Position numbers and translations under genes: made by a program
In this document: piece after piece, positions 8,241 to 18,346 of the stretch
How positions within the stretch are numbered: the stretch's first letter is position 1
Layout of the letters: every line of letters starts with the position of its first letter
Notes under the pieces: generated by a model
Database searches by the model: none
The model's input: the letters and a program-made list of their open reading frames with translations, nothing else
What the model was told of the DNA's origin: nothing
Source of the DNA: an uncultured bacterium
GTDB lineage: Bacteria > Planctomycetota > UBA1135
DNA length: 64,000 nt
Reading direction: 5' to 3'
NCBI GenBank assembly: GCA_937919925.1
Contig: CALFOT010000036.1
Span: 61,504 to 125,503 of the forward strand

Positions 8241-10858
8241 TGCAATTCCTCCTCAATTTGGGCACGAAACCGGCCATCCACTTGCTGGAAATCGATGCCT
8301 ACGCGCTTGGTTTCACCGCGCGCATTGAAACTCTGAAACTGGAGCCCAACGATTGGCTCCGGCGCATACAGCACCAGCTTACGGTGAAAAAAAGCACCCT
8401 GCACGGCGAGCTGCGGGACTAGAGTTTCTTCCACCTCGAGCGTGCCGAAGTGGTAGCGAAAAGTTGGATTACCGTGCTCGTCACGCCGATGCCCGCGCAT
8501 CCGCCAACCCGCCTCTTTTCCACTCACGGTTGGCCAATCCTGGCCCGCGGAAAGAATGGCGAAGCTTGGCCCCGCCGGTAAATCCCTCACTTCGACACCG
8601 GCCGGAGACTCAAGTTGACCGGCGCGCCCATCCCAAGTGCCCTTTGCGTTCATAAATTCACCCCGCCACACTTTTGCCAGGCGCACGTTGTGTTGGTCGA
8701 AGGCAAGATGCACCCGCTCGGGGAAACCCACTGTTAGCACCCGTGCACTGAGGCCATCCATGAAGGTGCCAAAATACAGTGGCCGTTGCAAAGGAATCAG
8801 TGCGTAGCGATCTGGGTTTGTCACGAGGCCCAACGGCAACGGCATGGCTGCACCCAGTGAAAGAAACGCCCACAAAGCATCAATCTGCACATCAGCCCGC
8901 CCGTCACCAAGCCGGGTGAGGGCAGATTGACCGGCCTCATCCCAAAAGTTCGGCATCCGTGTGTTGTTGCGCATAGCGTGTGGATTACGCAGCCAACGTT
9001 GAAACCACTGCGGCTCTAAGCGTTCATTCATTCTGGCCAAATCAAGCCCCGGGATTCCAGGCGATGGGTGGCCGGCAAGATTGTGGCAAGAGATGCAAAC
9101 AAGTCCCTGCGTACCAGCAATTTCCTGCCCCATTTTCACCTGCTCCACATCAAATTCGCGTGCTGGACGCATACTCAGCGGCGCGCGGTTAGCGATGAGA
9201 TCGGCAGCGATGCTGGCACCAGAAGCCGCGTCAAAAGCCGGCATGCGCGTTTTCATGTAAGGCCGCACTTTGCTCCCGGCGGTAACCACTTTGTTTAACC
9301 ATGGAGTTTGCAGCTTCGCCTCAACCCCAGTCAACGACGGTGGTACGCGTCCCTCTTCGCCAAGATCTTCTAAACCGATAAAACGCCGCATCTGTTCCGC
9401 ACTTGGCGCGCCGACGCCGTCGCGTTGATGGCATGCGGTGCATTGCATCGCAGAAAGGCTGGTGGCCACCCGTTGCTCGGTGTGAAATTCTTGGGAAATC
9501 TCTGTTGGATTGGCAATGGCCACCGCCAAATGAGAACGTGCGGAGTTTGCAAATTGGTAATAGGGCACGCCTTGTAATGGGCGCGCTGCCAGGCACCCGC
9601 CCTCGGACGGCAAGTCCGCAAACGGCTGTGCTGGAAAAGGACCTACTTGTTCTAGATTGGACAGCGGATGGCAAGAACCACAGTTCAGCGTTTTGAAGAG
9701 TTGTGCACCACGAACGCGATCCCCCAAGCCCAATGCGGATGGATTGGGAAGTGGAGCGAAAGCTTCGCCCTCGTGCAGGACATCCAAAGCGGCGAACGGG
9801 CGCTCTTCAAAATTTGGGCCAGCCCACCCGGCCTCGAGACTGTGATCACCACCGGCTTCGTAATAACTGATGCGAATGGGATGAGCCCCAGCAGTAAGGG
9901 TGATGCGGACGTCGCGACGCGTATGCGCTTGATGAAAACGCGCATCCACAATCATTTCTCCATCCACAGAGAGCGTGCTGCCATCATCCGAAGCCACATA
10001 AAAATTGTACTCGCCACTTTCAGGGACCTGCAAGACTCCGTCAAATAGCACCCCATAGCGATCATGCTTTGCCCCGAAGTCGTGATGCACCTCAGTGGTG
10101 ACGCCGGCGGCTAAAAACTCCGCGGTTTCCCAAACCGGTCCTGTGGTTGCTACACCATCGTAAGCGCAAGAGCGCCATGACCATCCAGGCAATAACTGCA
10201 TGTTCCCCGGCCCCTGCTGACGTTGGGAGCGCAGCAGCCAAGAGGCCAATTGCGTGGCTTCTTCGCTAGTCAAATGCATATTTGGCATCAAGCCACTGGG
10301 ACGTGCCGCAACTGGATCTAAAAGAAAATCGCGGAGTGCAGCAACGCTAGTCATTTGCGCGAGCTTACGATCGGCAAAGGCGTTCTCATGACAAGCGATG
10401 CAACCGATTTCGCGGAATAAAGTTTCTCCTAGGCGGAGCATGTCTGGCCCCACCTCCAGCAACTGCAATTGCTGGCCCGCACTATTCTCCATGAGGAATG
10501 CGGCGAGGTCGGCAGCCATCTGGACACGCTGATTTGCAGGATACCCAGCGAGCATATGCGGCATCCGAGTGCCCGGCCGCATACTTTGGGGATCGCGCAA
10601 CCAGGCTTCCAACCACCATGGGGAAACGCGAGCACCAATCCGCTCAAGATTCGGCGCAGCAAGAGGGCGCAGAATTTTTTCTACACCAGCGGGCGCGCGA
10701 TGGCACTGGAAACATAAATTTTGTTCTAGTAACAAAATCGTAGGTTCCGGTTCTGCCGCCTGGGCCACCCACGGTGCGGCCACTGCGAAAGTGTTGGTGA
10801 GCGCCCACGCGCCGAGCAAGGAACCGATAAAGAGCGATGATTTCAAAGAGCCACCCAT
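8234..10858 (-). CDS. Exported pentahaem c-type cytochrome with a PA14 domain
   Basis: Has a signal peptide and five CXXCH motifs (CFQCH, CIACH, CGSCH, CTACH, CISCH). There is a PA14-like segment, GEYNFYVASDDGSTLSVDGEMIVD...ISYYEAGGDHSLEAGW. Confidence 0.7.
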   Translation of the reverse strand: MGGSLKSSLFIGSLLGAWALTNTFAVAAPWVAQAAEPEPTILLLEQNLCFQCHRAPAGVEKILRPLAAPNLERIGARVSPWWLEAWLRDPQSMRPGTRMPHMLAGYPANQRVQMAADLAAFLMENSAGQQLQLLEVGPDMLRLGETLFREIGCIACHENAFADRKLAQMTSVAALRDFLLDPVAARPSGLMPNMHLTSEEATQLASWLLRSQRQQGPGNMQLLPGWSWRSCAYDGVATTGPVWETAEFLAAGVTTEVHHDFGAKHDRYGVLFDGVLQVPESGEYNFYVASDDGSTLSVDGEMIVDARFHQAHTRRDVRITLTAGAHPIRISYYEAGGDHSLEAGWAGPNFEERPFAALDVLHEGEAFAPLPNPSALGLGDRVRGAQLFKTLNCGSCHPLSNLEQVGPFPAQPFADLPSEGGCLAARPLQGVPYYQFANSARSHLAVAIANPTEISQEFHTEQRVATSLSAMQCTACHQRDGVGAPSAEQMRRFIGLEDLGEEGRVPPSLTGVEAKLQTPWLNKVVTAGSKVRPYMKTRMPAFDAASGASIAADLIANRAPLSMRPAREFDVEQVKMGQEIAGTQGLVCISCHNLAGHPSPGIPGLDLARMNERLEPQWFQRWLRNPHAMRNNTRMPNFWDEAGQSALTRLGDGRADVQIDALWAFLSLGAAMPLPLGLVTNPDRYALIPLQRPLYFGTFMDGLSARVLTVGFPERVHLAFDQHNVRLAKVWRGEFMNAKGTWDGRAGQLESPAGVEVRDLPAGPSFAILSAGQDWPTVSGKEAGWRMRGHRRDEHGNPTFRYHFGTLEVEETLVPQLAVQGAFFHRKLVLYAPEPIVGLQFQSFNARGETKRVGIDFQQVDGRFRAQIEEELQW

Positions 10859-11997
10859 TGACCCTGCTCCGCACTGGCGATGACTGTTTCAATGAAGTGC
10901 ACGCCGCGTTGGCCTTCCTCCACCGTTGGATAAGCGTGCTCTATATTTTGTTCGCCCCGAATCGCACGAGCGAAAGCAGTGTAGATGTTGGCAAAGCCCT
11001 CCAGGTAACCTTCGGGGTGCCCAGCAGGCAAGCGCGTCAAACTGGCGGCAGCTGCACTCAAATAGCTATTGCCAGGGCGGCGGATTTCGGTAGCACCATC
11101 CTTATGCAAAATGCGTAAATCATTGGGGTGTTCTTGGCGCCATTCGATTGCCCCAGTGGTGCCATACACACGCAAAGTTAAGCCGTTCTCGCAGCCCGTA
11201 CAAACTTGACTGGCAATCAAACTGCCACTCGCGCCGCTGGCAAACTCCAACAACACCATGGCGTCATCATCGACTTTCCGTGTTGGCACCACGCTGCTGC
11301 GATGCCCAAACAACCGCGTAACTTTTTCACCTGTGACATGTTCCAACAACTGAAAAGCATGCGTGCCGATATCACCGAGTGCACCACCCGGGCCACTCCG
11401 CGCGGGATCAGTGCGCCAATCGGCTTGCTTATGCCCGCCTGCTTCGATGGGATCCACCAACCAGCCTTGCAAATATTCCGCGTACACTTTCAACACCCGG
11501 CCGATGCCTCCACCACGCACCAACTCACGGGCTTCCCGAATCAGCGGATAGCCGCTGTAATTATGGGTGAGTGCAAAATGACAACCACTCTGCTCCACCG
11601 CCGCAACCAGCGTATCTGCCAACGCCTTCGAAGTGGTTAACGGCTTGTCGCAGATCACGTGAAAGCCGGCTTCGAGTGCGGCGATAGCAGGCCCGTGATG
11701 CACATGATTCGGAGTGACCACGCTGACGGCTTCGATGCGCTCACTCGGCGGCAGCGCGGCTTCCGCAACCAGCATTTGCTGCCAGCTGTCGTAAACCCGC
11801 TGCGGCTCCAAACCCAAGGCGCGGCCGGTCTCTTGGCTCTTTGGTGCAGAAGCGCTAAAAGCACCTGCAATCAGCCGATAACGCCCATCCAAGGCCATGG
11901 CCATCCGGTGCACCCCGCCGATAAAAGCACCTGGGCCGCCACCCACCATGCCGATGCGAACGGGGCGAAAGCTTGCTGAGGAGGGTTTAGAACTCAT
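10843..11997 (-). CDS. Gfo/Idh/MocA-family NAD(P)-dependent oxidoreductase
   Basis: N-terminal Rossmann motif VRIGMVGGGPGAFIG. The segment VVTPNHVHHGPAIAALEAGFHVICDKP is typical of the family. Confidence 0.8.
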   Translation of the reverse strand: MSSKPSSASFRPVRIGMVGGGPGAFIGGVHRMAMALDGRYRLIAGAFSASAPKSQETGRALGLEPQRVYDSWQQMLVAEAALPPSERIEAVSVVTPNHVHHGPAIAALEAGFHVICDKPLTTSKALADTLVAAVEQSGCHFALTHNYSGYPLIREARELVRGGGIGRVLKVYAEYLQGWLVDPIEAGGHKQADWRTDPARSGPGGALGDIGTHAFQLLEHVTGEKVTRLFGHRSSVVPTRKVDDDAMVLLEFASGASGSLIASQVCTGCENGLTLRVYGTTGAIEWRQEHPNDLRILHKDGATEIRRPGNSYLSAAAASLTRLPAGHPEGYLEGFANIYTAFARAIRGEQNIEHAYPTVEEGQRGVHFIETVIASAEQGQWVAL

Positions 11998-13052
11998 CGG
12001 TCCAAGCCAAGAATACGGCGATTCGCAGCTTCGCCACTGCCTGAATCGGCGAAATCATCGAAGGAGCTTTGCGCAACCTCAATGATGTGATCCGCAATGA
12101 ACACCGCACCTTCTGCAGCACCCACTAAGTTGTCCTTGAAAGCACACTCCCATTCCAGCACCGCCCAACCTGGGAAATCATATTTGGCCATTTTTGTGAA
12201 GATGGAAACAAAATCTGTCTGACCATCCCCCAAGGAACGGAAACGTCCGGCGCGCTCACTCCAGTTTTGGTAACCGCCGTAAACACCGACCCGCCCATCA
12301 CAGCACAGTTCCGCATCTTTGACATGGAACATTTTGATGCGTGGGTGATAGAGATCCAAAAACTGCAAGTAGTCCAAACCTTGCAGCACAAAATGGCTGG
12401 GGTCATACAAAATGTTGGCGCGCGGGTGATCATCCACTGCGGCCAAGAACCGTTCCCAAGTGACGCCATCGTGCAAATCTTCACCGGGGTGAATTTCGAA
12501 GCAAACATCAATGCCGCAATCCTCGGCAAAATCCAACAAAGGGCGCCAGCGACGACCAAGTTCTGCGAAAGCTTCTTCTACCAAGCCCGCCGGGCGCGGT
12601 GGCCACGGGTACAGATAAGGCCAAGCAAGAGCGCCGCTAAATGTGGCGGTTGAGGATAAGCCAAGATTGCGTGAGGCTTGTAAAGATTTGCGTACTTGAC
12701 TCACCCCCCATTCCATACGAGCTTTGGGATTGCCGTGCACTTGCTGCGGAGCGAAGCCGTCGAAAAGTTCATCGTATGCTGGGTGCACCGCAACCAGCTG
12801 CCCTTGCAAATGAGTGGAAAGCTCGGTGGGCTGGATGCCAAAGGCCGCCATTTTGCCACGGTATTCCTGGCAGTAATCCCGCGACTCGGCTGCCAAATCA
12901 AGATTGATTGCATTGCAATCCCAGGTTGGGATTTGCACCCCCTCAAAGCCCAGACTAGCAGCCCATTCGGCTGCACGCTCGTAATCATTGAAAGGAGGTT
13001 GCTCGCCCATGTACTGAGCTAGAAAAATTGCTGGGCCTTTGATGGTTTGCAT
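11994..13052 (-). CDS. Sugar phosphate isomerase/epimerase (xylose isomerase-like TIM barrel)
   Basis: AP-endonuclease-2/TIM-barrel type pattern (FEIHPGE...HVKD). ATG at 13052; an alternative GTG start lies at 13085. There is a 4-nt overlap with the downstream Gfo gene. Confidence 0.65.
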   Translation of the reverse strand: MQTIKGPAIFLAQYMGEQPPFNDYERAAEWAASLGFEGVQIPTWDCNAINLDLAAESRDYCQEYRGKMAAFGIQPTELSTHLQGQLVAVHPAYDELFDGFAPQQVHGNPKARMEWGVSQVRKSLQASRNLGLSSTATFSGALAWPYLYPWPPRPAGLVEEAFAELGRRWRPLLDFAEDCGIDVCFEIHPGEDLHDGVTWERFLAAVDDHPRANILYDPSHFVLQGLDYLQFLDLYHPRIKMFHVKDAELCCDGRVGVYGGYQNWSERAGRFRSLGDGQTDFVSIFTKMAKYDFPGWAVLEWECAFKDNLVGAAEGAVFIADHIIEVAQSSFDDFADSGSGEAANRRILGLDR

Positions 13053-13124
13053 CGCACCCTCATTGTTGGGGCGCCGCCGCGACACGTCCAGCCGACGCGC
13101 TATTCTTGGCGGAAATAACTTGTC

Positions 13125-14306
13125 ATGAGCGCACTCTACAACCCTACTTCCACCGATCGATTTACTTTTGGCCTATGGACGGTTGGCAATCCTGGCGCAG
13201 ATCCTTTTGGCGGGCCAGTGCGGCCGCGTATCAGCCCCACCGACATTGTGCGTGGTTTGGCCAAGGCCGGTGCTTATGGGGTGAACCTGCATGACAATGA
13301 TTTGGTGCCCTTTGGTGCATCGGCGGCAGAGCAAGACCGTATCGTTGGCGAGTTCCTGGATGTGGTGCAAAGCTGTGGCTTGGTCGTGCCCATGGCCACC
13401 ACCAATCTTTTCAGCCATCCCGTATTTCGCGATGGAGCCTTTACCAGCTCCGATCCAAAAGTACGCGCCTTTGCCGTGCGCAAAGCCAAACGCGCAATCG
13501 ATATGGGAGTGGAAATGGGTGCCGAAACCATCGTGTTTTGGGGCGGACGTGAAGGTGTGGAAACGGATGCGGCACGGGATTGCCGCGATGCGCTTTGTTG
13601 GTATCGCGAGTGTGTGGATTTCCTCGCAGCATGGACATTAGACCAAGGCTATTCCTTACGCTTCGCCTTGGAAGCCAAACCGAATGAGCCCCGTGGAGAT
13701 CTGTACTTACCCACCACCGGCCATATGCTGCATTTCATTGAGACTTTGGATCACCGCGACATGGTCGGCGTGAACCCGGAAGTGGCTCATGAAAATATGT
13801 CGGGTTTGAGTATGGTGCATGCAGTGGCGCAGGCGATGGAAGTAAACAAACTGTTCCACATCGATTTGAATGCGCAGCGGATTGGCCGTTACGACCAAGA
13901 TTTACGCTTCGCCAGCGAAGATCTAAAAGGCGCATTTTTCCTGGTGCGTTTACTGGAAGGCTCTTGCGGACGGCCTGGCTACAGCGGCCCATTGCACTTT
14001 GATGCCCACGCCTACCGCACCGAAGACAGCGATGGCGTTTGGGATTTTGCAAGCGGATGCATGCGTAACTATAAAATTCTTGCCGCGAAGGCTGCCGCTT
14101 TTGATGCCGATCAAGAAGTGCAGGAAATTCTGGCCGTCAATCATGCGGATCCAGACGGCGTCGGCGTGCTGCTGAAGGATTACACGCGCGAAGGTTTGCG
14201 CGCGCTCGAAGTACTCGATTTGGACCCAGAAGCACTCGCCAAACGAGGGCACCAATACGAGCGGCTCGACCAACTTGCAATGGAACACCTGTTTGGCGTG
14301 CGCTAA
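13125..14306 (+). CDS. xylA: Xylose isomerase, short class I type
   Basis: DRFTFGLWTVGNPGADPFG N-terminus, FHDNDL-type (LHDNDL) and EAKPNEPRGD motifs, and a length of 393 aa. All are typical of Actinobacteria/Thermus-type XylA. Confidence 0.9.
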   Translation: MSALYNPTSTDRFTFGLWTVGNPGADPFGGPVRPRISPTDIVRGLAKAGAYGVNLHDNDLVPFGASAAEQDRIVGEFLDVVQSCGLVVPMATTNLFSHPVFRDGAFTSSDPKVRAFAVRKAKRAIDMGVEMGAETIVFWGGREGVETDAARDCRDALCWYRECVDFLAAWTLDQGYSLRFALEAKPNEPRGDLYLPTTGHMLHFIETLDHRDMVGVNPEVAHENMSGLSMVHAVAQAMEVNKLFHIDLNAQRIGRYDQDLRFASEDLKGAFFLVRLLEGSCGRPGYSGPLHFDAHAYRTEDSDGVWDFASGCMRNYKILAAKAAAFDADQEVQEILAVNHADPDGVGVLLKDYTREGLRALEVLDLDPEALAKRGHQYERLDQLAMEHLFGVR

Positions 14307-14308
14307 CG

Positions 14309-15751
14309 ATGGCCCAGTATCTTGGCGCAGATCTTGGCACCCAGGCGGTGAAGGTTGTTGTCTTCGACACCGACGCCAACAAAATTGTGGCGCGTGCAAG
14401 CGCAGCAGTTGCAGCACCACAATCTCCGCGCGTGGGTGCCGCAGAACAGTCCCCTGCGGATTGGTGGCGCGCTTTTGACTTGGCCTTACGCCACGCTTTA
14501 GCCCAGCCAGAGGTGTTTGCGGGGCAGATTCGCGCCTTGGGTGTTGCGGGGCAACAGCATGGTTTGGTGGCGCTCGATGAACGATTACAAGTTTTACGTC
14601 CCGCCAAGTTGTGGTGTGATGTGGAGGCCGCCGCCGAAGCACGCGAACTCAGTGCGTTGTTCGGCCGAGCGGTACCAGCAGGATTCACTGCACCGAAAAT
14701 TCTGTGGCTGCACCGCCACGAGCCGGAGTTGGCCAAGCGCTTGCGCCATGTGGCATTGCCGCACGATTGGTTGAATCTGCAACTTGGCGGGGTGCTCGCC
14801 ACCGACCACGGCGATGCTTCCGGAACGGGTCTTTACGATCCCATTTCTGGGAGCTATGAAGTTGCTGCAGCAGCTCAAATCCATGCGGATTTGCCCGCAC
14901 AACTTTTACCACTGCTGCCAGCCAATGCCAGCCATAGCCACTTGCTGCCCCAATGGGCCCAGCAGTACGGCTTGCCGCAAGACCTGCCGATTGCGGTCGG
15001 CAGCGGCGACAACATGATGAGCGCTTTGGGTGCGGGTGCCACCCAAGCAGGTGTCTGGGTGGTCAGCCTCGGCACCAGTGGCACTATTTTTGGGCATACC
15101 CCAATGGCGGTTCTTGATCCTAGCGGGTGCGTTGCGCCGTTTCGCGACGCCCTCGGCGGTGGCTTGCCTTTGGTGTGTACGCAGAACTGCACGACTGTGG
15201 TGGAAGAAGCGCGCGCGGCCTCTGGAGTAAGCCATGCCGCACTCACCGCGGCAGCTGCGGCCCTGACTCCGAGCGTGGACTCCCCCCTGTTCTTGCCTTA
15301 CTTAAATGGCGAACGCACTCCAAACTGGCCGCATGCTAGTGGAGTGCTGTTTGGATTACGCAGTGGCAGTTTGTTGCCAGCCCCTCTTTATCGAGCAGCT
15401 GTAGAAGGGGCAAGTTTGGCTTTGGCGCTGGGCCTTCAACATTTGCAAACGCTGGGTTTGCCCGTGCAGAAATTGCGCTTGGTCGGAGGCGGCGCACACA
15501 ACCCTTTCTGGGCGCGTGTGCTATGTGACCTTGTGCAACAACCTCTAGAAATTTGTGCCGAGCAAGAAACCGCCGCCCTCGGCGCAGCTTTGCAAGCACA
15601 GTGGATGGAAAACGGCGTGCATCCAAGCAGTTACCAGCCCTCCGAATACGGCCAAGCCTTACAGCCGGATCAAGGATTGGCCGCACTCTATGCCGACAAA
15701 CTGCAGCGCTTCCAGACTCTCAGCGAAAAAATGTTTGGCACATCGTCTTAG
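14309..15751 (+). CDS. xylB: Xylulokinase (FGGY carbohydrate kinase)
   Basis: LGADLGTQAVKVVVFD N-terminal FGGY motif and GGGAHNPFW C-terminal motif. The gene lies 2 nt after xylA. Confidence 0.85.
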   Translation: MAQYLGADLGTQAVKVVVFDTDANKIVARASAAVAAPQSPRVGAAEQSPADWWRAFDLALRHALAQPEVFAGQIRALGVAGQQHGLVALDERLQVLRPAKLWCDVEAAAEARELSALFGRAVPAGFTAPKILWLHRHEPELAKRLRHVALPHDWLNLQLGGVLATDHGDASGTGLYDPISGSYEVAAAAQIHADLPAQLLPLLPANASHSHLLPQWAQQYGLPQDLPIAVGSGDNMMSALGAGATQAGVWVVSLGTSGTIFGHTPMAVLDPSGCVAPFRDALGGGLPLVCTQNCTTVVEEARAASGVSHAALTAAAAALTPSVDSPLFLPYLNGERTPNWPHASGVLFGLRSGSLLPAPLYRAAVEGASLALALGLQHLQTLGLPVQKLRLVGGGAHNPFWARVLCDLVQQPLEICAEQETAALGAALQAQWMENGVHPSSYQPSEYGQALQPDQGLAALYADKLQRFQTLSEKMFGTSS

Positions 15752-15815
15752 CTGCCGACGCCATGTTGAATTGAGCATCGCATAGCGGCCTGCCCCAGAG
15801 TATCCTGTGCTTGCC

Positions 15816-16085
15816 ATGGACATCACCAACCTGACGCCTCGCCCTCTGAAAATTTCGTTACCCGGCGGCAAAGTTCTGCGCCTTGGACCGCGGATGACTG
15901 GCCAAATCACCGCCAAGGCTGCGGAGCATCCCCCGGTGAAAAAGCTCCTCGAAGATGGCGTGATTGAAATTGTCGGCGACGGCAGCACCAAAGGGACCAG
16001 CGGTGCTAGCGCGGATGCCGGCGGTGGCGCCTCCCAAGGTGGGCCAGCCAGTGGTGGAGCTATGCGCCGCAGCGGCGACCGCTAG
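15816..16085 (+). CDS. Small hypothetical protein with a Gly/Ser/Ala-rich tail
   Basis: 89-aa ORF (MDITNLTPRPLKISLPGGKVLRLGP...). The coding assignment rests only on ORF length and codon look. Confidence 0.35.
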   Translation: MDITNLTPRPLKISLPGGKVLRLGPRMTGQITAKAAEHPPVKKLLEDGVIEIVGDGSTKGTSGASADAGGGASQGGPASGGAMRRSGDR

Positions 16086-16320
16086 TCATTTTGGAGTGCC
16101 GCTACAGGAATTTCTTCGTTCATATTTCCGTCGCCCTCCTTTTTTTTCAGGCTCGCAATGAATACAGGAATGTGTCGATTAGGGCGGCTTTATACCCTTT
16201 TTTTTGCCTTCCGGCAGAATAAAGGTGATTTAGGTCTTAATATCCTGTAACCTACTGCCTGAAATTTTGAGACTCTCCTCCAAAAAACCCAAAACTCCCA
16301 AACTCCCAAATCCTTCTGCC

Positions 16321-18285
16321 ATGAACCAGGATCCTAAAAGCCCTAGCCTAACCGCCCTGTGTGGCGGTTTGATTTTGCTCGGCCTTGCTGCAGCTTCATG
16401 CGGCCGGCCCGCCGCATCGACCAGCTCTACCAGCAGCAATGTGCAAGCATTGATGTCCGCCCGTGACCTCACGGAGGCTGACGTCAACGCCGCGCTCAAA
16501 ACTTACACCCCAACCGGCGCTATTGATGATTACACCATCTTTGCCTCGGGTGGCCATGGCGGCAACGTCATCGTCATTGGCGTGCCCAGTATGCGCATCT
16601 TGAAGTACATTGCGGTGTTCGGTCCTGAGCCTTGGCAGGGTTATGGCTACGGCGACCAAACTTCTGCTCTGATTAAGAGTGGCAATAATGAAGGGGAAGA
16701 CTTGAGTTGGGGCGATGTTCACCACCCAGCACTTTCTGAAACCGGCGGCGATTACGATGGCGAATACCTATTCGTGAACGATAAAGCCAACGCACGGATT
16801 GCCGTCATCGATCTGAAGGATTTTGCCACCAAACAAATCGTGCAGTCGGGTTTGATCGAAAGCGATCACGGCGGTTGCTTTGTGACTCCAGACACCGATT
16901 ACATCTTTGAAGGCAGTCAGTACCCCGCTCCATTAGGTGGCGGTTACGCTCCTCTCTCGGATTACAAAGAGAAGTACCGCGGTGCGGTCATCTTCTGGAA
17001 GTTCGATCGCAGCATTGGCCGCATCGATGAGAGCCGCTCCTTTGCGATTGAGCTGCCCCCTTACATGCAGGATCTTTCCGACGCTGGCAAACTCGCCACC
17101 GATGGCTGGATGTTCTTGAACTCTTTCAACACCGAAATGGCAGTCGGCGGCAACCTCGATGGTGAGCCACCTCTAGAATCAGGTGCTTCGCAAAACGATA
17201 TGGACTACATGTCCATCATCAACTGGCGCAAAGCTGCGCTAGTTGCTGCTGATTCCGCGAACACCACGATGATCTCCGGCTTGCCGGTCATTTCGATCGC
17301 CACGGCAATCGCCAATGACTTGATTTTCGAGGTTCCGGAGCCCAAGAGTCCTCACGGTTGCGATGTAACCCCAGATGGCAAAGAGATTGTGGTTTCGGGC
17401 AAGCTCGATATGCACGCCACCATTTTCAATTGGGAAAAAATGAAGAGCCTCATCGATGCCAAAGATTTCGTCGGCAACGATACCTACGGCATTCCGATTC
17501 TTGGTTTCGAGAAGTCCATTCGTGGGCAAGTGAATCTCGGCCTAGGCCCTTTGCACACCCAGTTTGACGGTTTGGGCAATGCTTACACCTCGCTGTTTAT
17601 CGAGTCCGCCGTGGTTAAGTGGTCGCTGAAAGATTTGAAGGTCATCGAGAAGCTGCCGGTGCACTACAACATTGGTCACTTGATGGCTGCAGAAGGTGAT
17701 ACTGTTAGCCCTGACGGCAAATACGTCGTGGCCATGAACAAATGGGCTTTGGATCGCTTCCAGCCGGTCGGCCCGCTGTTACCGCAGAACTTCCAATTGG
17801 TGGATATTGCCGGCGACAACATGCAACTTTTGTACGACATGCCGCTGCCTCTAGGCGAGCCGCACTACGCGCAGATGATCAAGTCGGACAAGCTGCATCC
17901 TGAGAATAGCTACCCGATGGGCACGGATCCGTTGATGGATCGAATTGATCCATTTGCTGTGGAGAGTGGCAAAGAGCGCATCGAGCGCAAAGGCGATGGT
18001 GTGCATGTTTACATGACCGCCGTGCGTAGCCACTTCAAGCCCGATGCGATTACCGTCAAAAAGGGAGATACCGTACACCTCCACTTGACCAACATCGAAA
18101 CGGCGCACGATGCCACCCACGGTTTCTGCATTGGTTCCTACAATGTGAACGTCTCGCTCGAGCCTGGGGAACATAGCAACATGACTTTTGTTGCGGATCG
18201 CGTCGGTGTTTTCCCAATGTACTGCACCGAGTTCTGCTCGGCACTGCACCTGGAAATGGCCGGTTACTTTTTAGTCGAAGAGTAA
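16321..18285 (+). CDS. nosZ: Nitrous-oxide reductase NosZ, Sec-dependent (clade II-like), possibly lipidated
   Basis: WGDVHHPALSETGGDYDGEYLFVNDKANARIAVIDL is the CuZ His region. The C-terminal CuA motif is HGFCI...MYCTEFCSALHLEM. The N-terminus MNQDPKSPSLTALCGGLILLGLAAASCG has no twin-arginine motif. The ORF-track start at 16267 is a TTG, and the first ATG is at 16321. Confidence 0.9.
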   Translation: MNQDPKSPSLTALCGGLILLGLAAASCGRPAASTSSTSSNVQALMSARDLTEADVNAALKTYTPTGAIDDYTIFASGGHGGNVIVIGVPSMRILKYIAVFGPEPWQGYGYGDQTSALIKSGNNEGEDLSWGDVHHPALSETGGDYDGEYLFVNDKANARIAVIDLKDFATKQIVQSGLIESDHGGCFVTPDTDYIFEGSQYPAPLGGGYAPLSDYKEKYRGAVIFWKFDRSIGRIDESRSFAIELPPYMQDLSDAGKLATDGWMFLNSFNTEMAVGGNLDGEPPLESGASQNDMDYMSIINWRKAALVAADSANTTMISGLPVISIATAIANDLIFEVPEPKSPHGCDVTPDGKEIVVSGKLDMHATIFNWEKMKSLIDAKDFVGNDTYGIPILGFEKSIRGQVNLGLGPLHTQFDGLGNAYTSLFIESAVVKWSLKDLKVIEKLPVHYNIGHLMAAEGDTVSPDGKYVVAMNKWALDRFQPVGPLLPQNFQLVDIAGDNMQLLYDMPLPLGEPHYAQMIKSDKLHPENSYPMGTDPLMDRIDPFAVESGKERIERKGDGVHVYMTAVRSHFKPDAITVKKGDTVHLHLTNIETAHDATHGFCIGSYNVNVSLEPGEHSNMTFVADRVGVFPMYCTEFCSALHLEMAGYFLVEE

Positions 18286-18346
18286 GCCTTTCTCTCCTAA
18301 TTCTGTGGGGCGGGTGGCCGATGGTCCCCCGCCCCTTCTCCTTAAA

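Noticed and set aside
13950-14802. Minus-strand ORFs of 230 and 221 aa, antisense to xylA/xylB
   Set aside because: These Arg/Ala/Pro-rich translations are typical of antisense frames in GC-rich coding DNA. The sense-strand genes have unambiguous XylA/XylB motifs.
16086-16320. Search for an FNR/NnrR-type box (TTGAT-N4-ATCAA) or other obvious regulator site upstream of nosZ
   Set aside because: I could find no such palindrome by eye in the 235-bp upstream region, only T-runs and AT-rich stretches. No claim is made.
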